NCBI GenBank assembly: GCA_964187785.1 | Contig: OZ076410.1 | Coordinates: 100,750,001 to 100,814,000, forward strand | From: Amphiscolops sp. MND2022 | Lineage: Eukaryota | Direction of reading: 5' to 3' | Length of the DNA stretch: 64,000 bases | Part shown: positions 60,101 through 64,000 of the stretch, one piece after another | How the letters are laid out: each line of letters starts with the position of its first letter | How positions within the stretch are numbered: the first letter of the stretch is position 1 | Program-made: the position numbers and the translations under genes | Notes under the pieces: model-generated | Told to the model about the DNA's origin: nothing | What the model saw: the letters and a program-made list of their open reading frames with translations, nothing else | The model's database searches: none

Positions 60101-61793
60101 TAATCACATACCCTTAGTGCTCTAAATGGAGGAGCGAAGCGAAGCGGAGCGACGTGCCATATGGCCATGCCTCAATGTTGCTACTTGGTGAAGGAAGCGA
60201 AGCGACCGAGCCATACAACAAATATGCTAACCTCTTCAAATAATACCTGAAAATGAGCTTTAATTTTGAGGTCTCATATTAAACTAAATAAATTATACTG
60301 ATTAGCGCTCAATTTTTGTATTACATAGAATAATTTCCTATAACCCGGAACAAAATCTGTCCAAAGTTGGACAAAATCTGTATGGGACGAAATCTGGCAC
60401 ATTCGTTAAGCAATTTAATCAACCCGGAGCATTTAAACTCTATTTTTTTCCATACCCTTGGAAGCAGAGTTTTGCCACCGCTAATCAGCGATTTAGCGGC
60501 CGCGCAGAACTTTTTCAGCAATTTTCATAGCAATTCAAAGCGACAACTGATAAACTTTAAATTCAAAATTTCCTCAGTATAAACGGAGTTTCAGAATGAA
60601 TTTCTAAAAATTCTAAGTCTTACCCTCGTAAAACCCACACAATAAGAACAGTTGTAGTCTTTTTTCTTGCAAAAACTGAATAGAGTTATTATTTCATTCT
60701 AAAATATGCTGGATGCCAAATGCTTGATAATTTGAAGAAAAAGTTTTCAGCGAAATAGCGTTTTTTTTTATCTCCCTACCTAAGCTTAGATTTTTTCATT
60801 ACCTCTTTATTCGAGGTCAAACATAAACGTGATGACCAATTTTGAAAATAGTATATTAGGTTGCTGCATAATTAATTCTCAGGACAGAGACTCGACGAGC
60901 TGTATAAGCTCTTTCTCTGTCCTTTTTAGATGCTATCAATGTATTTATATATGTATTTATAAACTTTTGATGTTTGCATCTGAATGAATAAACTTCCTTC
61001 ATTCCTTCCTTTGAAATTAGCGGTTAGCGAAAAAATAGCGCGAAAATGGTAAAGATGTCCAAAATTTGGTTGGAAGACTAACTCCCCGGATCAGCCGGCC
61101 AGGTTGATCATACTCTGATCATATATGGTACCGTACAAATCATACAAATTTTTCTATGATCTTACCATGATGAATCTGGAATCATATATGGCACTGTGCG
61201 ACTTTTTTCGAACTATTTAATGTCTCCAAAGGGTCCCCTTTCAACGTTTTTGATATCTTGCAACAAACTGGAGTGCCAAAAAACCTAGAGGGTCTGCCCT
61301 TTGAAGTTTTTCGGCACTCTGAGACTGTTTAAAACTTCTCATTTTTCGTTTTTCTTTCTCGAATATTTTAATGTCTTCAAAGGGTCCCACTTCATTTTTT
61401 GGTATTTTGCAACAAAGTGGATTCTCAAAAAGCCCAAAGGCTTTTCAATTCTAAAATCCCCCTTTCGCAATTCTAAAAACTTTGCGCTTTTTAAGCCTTG
61501 GCTATAGCGCCGACTTCAGACGTTTCCATCTTGTATGGTGGGGAACTCCACCCCCAACCCCCCCCCCCCCGGTTAGGGTGCTCACCTGGAAAATGATGAG
61601 TCCGAGGAACCCAGTCCTGGCGTAGTGCTTCGAGAGGGACTCCAAGTTCTTGACGTGCTGGAACAGTTGAGGCACGACTGTGTCCACCATCTCGGAGGGA
61701 GAAATGGCGGCACTGCTCATCTGCACGAAGAACCGGTTCAGGGCTTCCAAGTACTTGCCTTTGTCTCGGGCGTCGTTGAAACATTCCGTCACG
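12021..61793 (-). CDS. Axonemal dynein heavy chain (outer-arm gamma/DNAH5-DNAH8-like), tail (DHC_N1) region; 17 exons in this window, gene continues beyond it
   Basis: Spliced translation gives dynein tail motifs: NDARDKGKYLEAL, VDLFLDRTTKLIDV, TTEEALKLLHKFE, KPPITRNAPPVGGAIQWIKQL, YNKLAQVLITFE, PGWLTITWHSMNIDAYL, IETRIDKSL. Exon phases chain consistently apart from two donors. Confidence 0.9.
13298..13398. repeat. 23-bp tandem array copying the exon 16 donor; each full unit contains AGGTCA-C-TGACCG (IR1)
   Basis: CACTGACC recurs at 13298, 13321, 13344, 13367 and 13390; four units carry the full AGGTCACTGACCG. Confidence 0.9.
13397..13565 (-). CDS. Dynein exon 16 (VDTDRKKS...KELF)
   Basis: Acceptor CTCTCAG, donor GTCAGT; 169 nt; phase 0 to 1. 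Confidence 0.75.
13595..14776. repeat. Minisatellite of about 25-27 bp (AAGGTCACGGGTCAAAATAATCCGCG), roughly 45 copies
   Basis: Direct reading of tandem units with small variations in the spacer part. Confidence 0.95.
16081..16419 (-). mobile_element. HINE-like element copy
   Basis: Begins ACAAGCCGGGACCGGCCCAAGTCGGCGCC (reverse of the 3' end) and ends at GCGCCGACT. Confidence 0.65.
16582..16714 (-). CDS. Dynein exon 15 (CWNPEDFSREML...LMSTQ)
   Basis: Acceptor GTTGCAG, donor GTCAGT; 133 nt; phase 2 to 0. Confidence 0.85.
17888..18018 (-). CDS. Dynein exon 14 (VHSAIQRFRKL...IETRIDKSLDNIRDMVLF)
   Basis: Acceptor CTTCAG, donor GTCAGC; 131 nt; phase 0 to 2. Confidence 0.9.
18831..19316 (+). mobile_element. 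HINE-like element copy
   Basis: AGTCGGCGC ... GCGCCGACTTTAGACGTTCCCGTCTTGT; internal (ACTA)-type microsatellite. Confidence 0.7.
20075..22363 (-). CDS. BEL/Pao Pol: protease end, reverse transcriptase and RNase H; truncated before the integrase
   Basis: DIAKMYRQI, FYVDDFIGG, LFDPSGWLGP, FTDASEKAY, LPRLELCGA, WTDSTIVLQW, NPADLSSRG. Similarity is lost after LLRIMATV (about 20075). Confidence 0.95.
22341..23801 (-). CDS. BEL/Pao Gag and protease N-part; one-base frameshift relative to Pol
   Basis: IPKFSGRYKDWIPFYDQF...KLNYLKASL (DUF1759-like); three Cys/His knuckles including CFNCLGEGHMTKDC; protease motif ALLDSGAQLSM. Confidence 0.93.
   Translation of the reverse strand: MSLETKTIEQLRRSRSAISGIITKNAIKINAIADKAPVNVTNEDLATLRALLEVMQAKLTFALQLNTVILDKSEESDDAFDIEFQAGNEFEVKLQTQIKEIEGLIDRSTAQPIDSHFPQPTTSRTMGVKIPKFDIPKFSGRYKDWIPFYDQFIAAVDQNDTIPDIQKLNYLKASLKDEAATLLAHLPLTASNYQVGIELIENQYSNKRLILKAHMEAIHQAPSLRTESAEGLRRLQLTLDENLMAMEAMKIDTSLNCFYWVHIISEKLDAESRRQWELDSPGDNIRKINELREFIAKRARALEASDIMKQNQQPQREKHFHTSPKNPHPFQSYKTTASICPACSGAHRIFNCQKFQKMSLTEKRNLAYTSKLCFNCLGEGHMTKDCPSTSTCKKCHKNHNTWLHADKVDNSKSKTIQETNLHHSSVKFNSVLLPTAVIPVVASDGSIIQCRALLDSGAQLSMITEECAQNLKLKRTPISIERHSEF
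23866..24108 (-). repeat. Single 243-bp LTR with PBS and PPT on its two sides
   Basis: Termini TGTTG...CAACA. PBS-like TGGTGCTATACGACCCGGG at 23843-23861 and PPT-like AAGGGGCTCGGTA at 24109-24121, both on the minus strand. Confidence 0.85.
24194..25223 (+). CDS. JmjC-domain Fe(II)/2OG dioxygenase (KDM2/KDM7-like), antisense within the BEL element; split by a 1-nt frameshift in an A9 run
   Basis: WFTDGHVEEGGDISVSLTPIGRKLF ... FVSWVLKG ... IIQPSLCAHSVLT ... FLVSGWE: Thr at 24642, His at 24651, Glu at 24657, Lys at 24702, His at 24879. ORFs 24194-24523 and 24486-25223 fuse to about 342 aa if one A is removed from 24502-24510. Confidence 0.8.
25837..26646 (-). CDS. BEL/Pao integrase core and C-terminal (DUF5641-like) region; 5'-truncated, one frameshift near 26140
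   Basis: AVHIELVGDLT, RFTARRG, IFSDNGRNF, HFGGLWEASVKS, LNSRPL, FWKSWHRDYL, RPIVKL. Confidence 0.93.
26655..26913 (-). repeat. Inverted duplicate of 25177-25435 (JmjC ORF end and 3' region)
   Basis: About 259 bp reverse-complement match; I noticed two substitutions. Confidence 0.9.
27116..27392 (-). CDS. Dynein exon 13 (IYEILQEAKYM...PGWLTITWHSMNIDAYLYK)
   Basis: Acceptor TTGTAG, donor GTTACA; 277 nt; phase 2 to 0. Confidence 0.92.
27398..27974 (-). mobile_element. HINE-like element copy abutting the exon 13 acceptor
   Basis: ACAAGACGGGAAC...AAGTCGC at the left end; GCGCCGACT at the right end. Confidence 0.6.
28480..28690 (-). pseudogene. hAT transposase C-terminal dimerisation-domain fragment
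   Basis: RTSNIVERLFSRAKLTLDDHRKQVLPMHFEQQVFLFAN. Confidence 0.75.
30876..31053 (-). CDS. Dynein exon 12 (FNSVCKQYNKLAQVLITFE...ILVNSDS)
   Basis: Acceptor TTTCAACAG, donor GTAGGT; 178 nt; phase 1 to 2. Confidence 0.92.
32203..32332 (-). CDS. Dynein exon 11 (DKPPITRNAPPVGGAIQWIKQLIRRVELPM...)
   Basis: Acceptor GTTTCAG, donor GTTTGC; 130 nt; phase 0 to 1. Confidence 0.92.
32722..32968 (+). pseudogene. Tc1-like transposase C-terminus and right TIR remnant
   Basis: Translates LWELILGEFHAIPNDFIEKLFETIPPRLEEVIQIKGNPSKY*, then TGTCCGAATACTTTTTGCCCATCTG. Confidence 0.65.
33297..33417 (-). CDS. Dynein exon 10 (FEPIRKRGG...AYERGK)
   Basis: Acceptor CTTTCAG, donor GTTAGT; 121 nt; phase 2 to 0. Confidence 0.9.
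35130..36810 (-). mobile_element. 5'-truncated CR1/L2-group non-LTR retrotransposon (RT and C-terminal part, frameshifted)
   Basis: NYRPISL, QFGFRK, FLDLKKAFDTIDH, GIPQGSVLGP, LFADDT in 35654-36808; continuation in 35210-35599; A/T-rich tail near 35130. Confidence 0.85.
36890..37070. mobile_element. Tc1/pogo-type MITE 1 (TA TSD)
   Basis: TA-CCGTATTTCTTCGAATA ... TATTCGAAGAAATACCACGG-TA. Confidence 0.7.
37073..37231. mobile_element. Tc1/pogo-type MITE 2 (TA TSD)
   Basis: TA-CAGTAGAGACTGCTTAATAGCAAGTCGC ... GCGACTTGCTATTAAGCAGTTTCTACAG-TA. Confidence 0.75.
37234..37418. mobile_element. Tigger/pogo-type MITE 3 (TA TSD)
   Basis: TA-CAGTCGAACTCGGATAAAAGAAAC ... GTTTCTTTTATCCGAGTTTGACTG-TA. Confidence 0.8.
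37490..37647 (-). CDS. Dynein exon 9 (VLDFKGKDREKFESLY...TTEEALKLLH)
   Basis: Acceptor TTTTGTAG, donor GTACGT; 158 nt; phase 0 to 2. Confidence 0.92.
37704..38076 (-). mobile_element. HINE-like element copy
   Basis: Same subTIR and hairpin signature, reverse orientation. Confidence 0.65.
39879..40018 (-). CDS. Dynein exon 8 (KIYSDWG...RYEELQNIFSSVSQIKQ)
   Basis: Acceptor CATTTTAG chosen because it restores phase 1; donor GTTCGA; 140 nt. Confidence 0.75.
40333..40776 (+). mobile_element. HINE-like element copy
   Basis: AGTCGGCGC ... GCGCCGACTTTAGACGTTCTCGTCTTG. Confidence 0.65.
41150..41222 (-). pseudogene. Degenerate tRNA-like sequence (A and B boxes)
   Basis: TGGTGTAGTGGTT ... GGTTCGAATC on the minus strand; stems do not close into a cloverleaf. 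Confidence 0.4.
42180..42364 (-). CDS. Dynein exon 7 (low-complexity insertion)
   Basis: Acceptor TTTCTGCTAG, donor GTAAGT; 185 nt; phase 2 to 1. Confidence 0.75.
44946..45144 (-). CDS. Dynein exon 6 (low-complexity insertion)
   Basis: Acceptor CTTTTCAG, donor GTGATT; 199 nt; phase 1 to 2. Confidence 0.7.
45978..46364. mobile_element. hAT-type MITE
   Basis: 14-bp TIR TAGGGATGTACCGG; 8-bp TSD ATCTGGAT at 45970-45977 and 46365-46372; CCGGAA subterminal repeats. Confidence 0.9.
46953..49404. repeat. Satellite of about 22 bp (TTTTCATGAATCATGCATGGAC), roughly 110 units
   Basis: Direct reading; recurring variant units (GGACTCTTCTTGAATCATGCTAGGATTTC) suggest higher-order structure. Confidence 0.95.
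49437..49591 (-). CDS. Dynein exon 5 (TMSEYEGLLKNAPG...EWKAR)
   Basis: Acceptor TTTGTATAG, donor GTTAGT; 155 nt; phase 2 to 1. Confidence 0.85.
49990..50203 (-). CDS. Dynein exon 4 (...HLMFHVDLFLDRTTKLIDVL)
   Basis: First AG after a pyrimidine tract; donor GTTAGT; 214 nt; phase 1 to 2. Confidence 0.8.
51565..52089 (-). mobile_element. HINE-like element copy; another copy at 52334-52876
   Basis: Same terminal signature; the two copies flank dynein exon 3. Confidence 0.65.
52119..52264 (-). CDS. Dynein exon 3 (VPQPHGE...LLFCMSLCDKFKEHVKKLK...); donor non-canonical or at 52089
   Basis: Acceptor TTGCATGCAG, phase 2. A phase-1 donor is required: CAG/GGATGT (52119) or TA/GTCGGC (52089). Confidence 0.75.
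53365..53900. repeat. Two short arrays of a 22-bp unit (TTATATCCGAACTTTGAAAACG) around a degenerate tRNA-like segment
   Basis: Units at about 53365-53478 and 53765-53900; B box GGTTCGAATC near 53648. Confidence 0.7.
55163..55353 (-). CDS. Dynein exon 2 (ISNLLIAKMLSFINE...)
   Basis: Acceptor CTTTTGCAG, donor GTATGA; 191 nt; phase 0 to 2. Confidence 0.85.
55889..59233 (+). mobile_element. Near full-length RTE-clade LINE
   Basis: Structured 5' UTR, single ORF, short 3' UTR and (TGAA)n tail; no TSD found. Confidence 0.9.
56012..59188 (+). CDS. RTE ORF: APE endonuclease, reverse transcriptase and Cys-rich PHD-like insert (1058 aa, uninterrupted)
   Basis: SLNVGTM, CLQEVR, VYAPQ, GDMNGHIG, QVDYI, PQHRLV; NYRGLKL, QFGFMPGR, DLEKAFD, GVHQGSVLSP, LLYADD; CSGCSLWVHKRCSG...CPRC. 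Confidence 0.95.
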   Translation: MAKSLNKVPTGDASSHRAAGDVSGWAARGQGVAGSGHRGEIRDCPKSFRVGSLNVGTMRGKGGEMAEMLTRRRTDLCCLQEVRRKNSGTAILVGKRSRYKFFWNGNEEGLGGVGVMLAEKWWENVFAVDRVSNRILLVKMNIDKVVFAFVCVYAPQINLKAVEKNRFYDALQTVVTKVPGSEQLFICGDMNGHIGADSKGYSEVQGSWGYGLRNPEGERILELCVANDLLVGNSWYQKKPLHLVTYQSGGVATQVDYILFRRAFKKKVSNVKVIAGEECAPQHRLVIADFTVAAPSPPKCKFEPRLKIWKLRAPDKQVEFAERFKTNFEASSVEGAGTTVEELWLALKGNLLQTTKEVCGTSSKHQWRKQTWWWNDVVDNAIKEKRKCYKAWKAGGSRVAYNDAKRVSNRAVFHAKNEAQKAALDDIDFKSPDIFRLAKQLKNDKLDVVGEKPVRNDEGVLSLDDKSKKSAWKEHYERLLNVEFDWSPDDLSEEEPIEGPSEPITDELIAKAVAKLPIGKAAGPSGIIAKLIKPTGEFGVSLIRQLIEVIRSEGKIPSDWRESYIISLYKGKGDALDRGNYRGLKLIEHVLKVLERVVESLIRKRVEINDMQFGFMPGRGTTDAIFILRQLQEKHMAANKTLYMAFVDLEKAFDRVPRNVIWWAMRKLGIEEWLVKVVQSMYENVSSRVRVGKGYSDAFEVKVGVHQGSVLSPLLFIIVMEALSREFHTDHPWELLYADDLVIIAKSVEELLEKLKKWKAAIEKRGLRVNMGKTKVVVSGHNLNVLKKSSKFPGGVCLTGVGANSIYCSGCSLWVHKRCSGLPGALKEDPKYRCPRCQGTARRIDGRPIIELQLGKDKLEVVPEFCYLGDMTSACGGCDLAVIMRCKCAWGKFRQLLSLLTNRHIPLVVRGYVYSASVRSVMLYGAETWATTADTMSRLRRNDRAMLRWMCNVKLNDKVSSGSILSKLGLQDIETIVRTNRLRWFGHVERSAGWINHVRNLEVQSQQKRPGRPKLTWNDGVMRDKQLLGMTTCDPQNRSSWRGRLRQRRLASPSVEED
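59925..60400. mobile_element. Foldback MITE with CAGATTTCGTCCCA subterminal repeats and an internal GCGAAGCG module
   Basis: About five direct copies on the left; inverted copy TGGGACGAAATCTG near 60385. Confidence 0.55.
60879..61010 (+). mobile_element. L2/CR1-type LINE 3' end
   Basis: Stem-loop AGGACAGAGA...GAGCT-GTATA-AGCTC...TCTCTGTCCT, then AATAAA and a (CCTT/CATT)n tail. Confidence 0.6.
61586..61793 (-). CDS. Dynein exon 1 of this window (VTECFNDARDKGKYLEAL...GLIIFQ)
   Basis: Acceptor TTTGTTGCAG, donor GTGAGC; 208 nt; phase 2 to 0. Confidence 0.9.
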
Positions 61794-62869
61794 CTGCAAC
61801 AAAACAACAATACACACCAGAGGTAAGTTTGTGGTGACTAATTAAAACAGAGAAGCCAATGAATTGATGCTTTAAAAAGGTGAAAAGTTAGTCAAAACCT
61901 AAAGGTTTTCTCCATACGGTGCATTTTTTGGCTCTTTTCTGTTTTTCCCTCCACCATCATTTTTTTTGGAAAAATAATGAAAATCTCATTACAAAAAGAC
62001 TAATTGTTGTGATAAACTTATTAAATAGGTGTGTTATGTGAGCCCTAAATCTAGTTAGGGATTTCAGCGATCGGCCTTGTATGATTCACAGCTCTTGAGC
62101 TTTTACATTATTCAGTGTGGCGGCGAGGGCACAGGAAGGAGCAACCTGCAACCAGGCGAAATTCTTCATTACTAGGTTGTTTCGTTCCTTTTTGTTTTGT
62201 GCTCTTTTTGGAGCCTTAAGTGCTCTTTTTTTGAGTTTTTAGTGCTCTTCATTGAGCCTTTTAGTTTCTAATTTTTCGAAAATTTTATTCCCTTCGAGAC
62301 TCAAATGATCTATCGATACTGCTTCGTCCTTTATGCTTCAGGACGCTTTCAGCCCAGACAGCTGAGCCAACGAACAACAAACCTTGTGATTGGCACATCC
62401 AAAACGCAATATATATATATATTCAAAAGACATCGGTGCAGTAGTTCACTCTTACCGCGGTGCCTCCTCACTCGAGCTGTAACCTACTCGAACCATACCC
62501 GCAGCGCAACATCAGTACCCTTATCATTGTCGCTGGTTTTATTGATCACCGTGATACAACCACTTTATAGAAAATTGGAGGTTCCCGATTCAGCTTGCAT
62601 ACCTGAAGTTTCAGCCCCGTCACATCATTATCCCCAAACCTATTTCAACCTCCAACAACCAGTCAGTCAATACAAACATCACCAGCTGAATTTTGCTTTC
62701 TACAATCTGCTACACCCTCTCACTGAAGCTGGCAGCCTGCCAATAATATCGCCTCATTTCAATCGTGATTTTGATCGCTAGATCTTTTCCCGAGACAGCA
62801 TCCATTTTTCCCGATTCGGAAATTTAGTTTTCTCTCAGATTTTGAAGTTTTTCAAATCACTTTACATGT

Positions 62870-63650
62870 AACCAAATGTTTACGTAGTCGCGGCGTATGG
62901 TGTGCGATATGTGGATACGTGCACACGAAATGCAGCGGTCTGTCTGCTGCAAAAGACTGGTCCAAAGATTTCACCTGTGTACGCTGCCAGGGACCACAAC
63001 CAAGAGAAGCCGCCAACTCTCCATCCAACGAACCACTGAACAGTTCAACCAGTCACCTGAGCACCGCCACACACCAGAGACAACCCCCGGCTGATGAACT
63101 GAACGAAGATCTGTCAGTAGATGGTTTCTGGTCAAAAGTCACCCCCGAAATAGCAAATCAAATTAAGTATTTTTAGCATCTAGTAGTTCATTGGAGACCT
63201 CTATTCACCACAATGCCTAAACGCGAAACTGGGCATAAGTTTGTTGAAACAATGGACCGCGTACTTGCTGCAATTGCAGAGAAACAAAGCAATGAGAACA
63301 CAGCTTTGTATGCAGCAATGCTAATGCCTCATTTAGTCCTAGCAAGGACTACCTCTGAGCCAGATGCGTCGAGGAACAAGACGACGACCAGGCGACTGAG
63401 AATGTGGCTAAATGGCGAAATCGAAGAACTTTTCAAGAAAGCAGAGGCATTGCAGAAACGAACAGCGAAATAAAAATCCAACCATAGAACAAGAGATACG
63501 TTCCGAGACTTCGAGGCACACATGTCCAATGGGAAAATCTCAAATGCCCTACGGAGTGTTAACGACTGTGAAAAAGGCGGAGTATTATCTCTGTCAGAAA
63601 AAATGTATTCAACAAAAAATGGCAAACCCTCACATAAAACTTGACAATAT
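62870..63650 (+). pseudogene. Degenerate N-terminal part of a CRE-like (RLE-type) non-LTR retrotransposon
   Basis: PHD-like CAICGYVHTKCSGL...FTCVRC, then GHKFVETMDRVL...AAMLMPHLVL...RRLRMWLNGEIEELF and HMSNGKISNALR...GGVLSL, broken by stops. Confidence 0.6.
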
Positions 63651-64000
63651 ATTAGGTTTCTGCGAGAATAGCTTTCGATCAGGGTTGCCACTTTTTTGAA
63701 AAAAATAACGACCTGTCATGTTTTTTCGAAAAACGACCAAAAAAACTACTTTTTGAAAAAAGAACGTCTTTTTTGGAACTTTGTTTCAAAATTCATAAAA
63801 TATAATTTATAAAATAGCAATAAAATTCATTGCGGGCTAATCGCGGGATGCCTCTAGTTGTTTCTTCTGTTCTTTAAGTTCTTCCAACTTTCTTTCTTGA
63901 TCCAATATTTCATTTAAACGGAATTCAAGTCTTTCAAAACCTGATTCGGTGTATATTTTCTTCAACATATTTTCTTTCGTGATTGCAATACTTTTTCTCT

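Noticed and set aside
62095-62140. Upstream dynein exon after a TTGCAG acceptor
   Set aside because: No frame gives both dynein-like sequence and the required phase-2 GT donor.
62305-62781. 158-aa plus-strand ORF as a host gene
   Set aside because: No recognisable domain; more likely the leader region of the adjacent degenerate CRE-like element.

Overview
AT-rich eukaryotic (metazoan-like) genomic DNA; the species cannot be determined from the sequence. The backbone is a minus-strand axonemal dynein heavy chain gene (DNAH5/8-like tail region). I reconstructed 17 exons (about 2.9 kb coding over about 50 kb). Fifteen have canonical donors and chain in phase; two appear to need a non-canonical donor. 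The introns (0.4 to >12 kb) are filled with transposons: a >10 kb Ty3/Gypsy element, a rearranged BEL/Pao element, a near full-length RTE LINE, CR1/L2 and CRE-like LINE fragments, hAT, MULE and Tc1/pogo MITEs, many Helentron-type (DINE-1/HINE-like) elements and two exon-flanking satellites. Top finding: between its integrase and its LTR, the BEL/Pao element carries an antisense ORF with a complete JmjC Fe(II)/2-oxoglutarate motif set of the KDM2/KDM7 type, a candidate transposon-encoded anti-silencing demethylase. Second: the Gypsy element carries an antisense, five-exon gene derived from a hAT transposase. All family assignments come from motif recognition by eye; no database searches were run.
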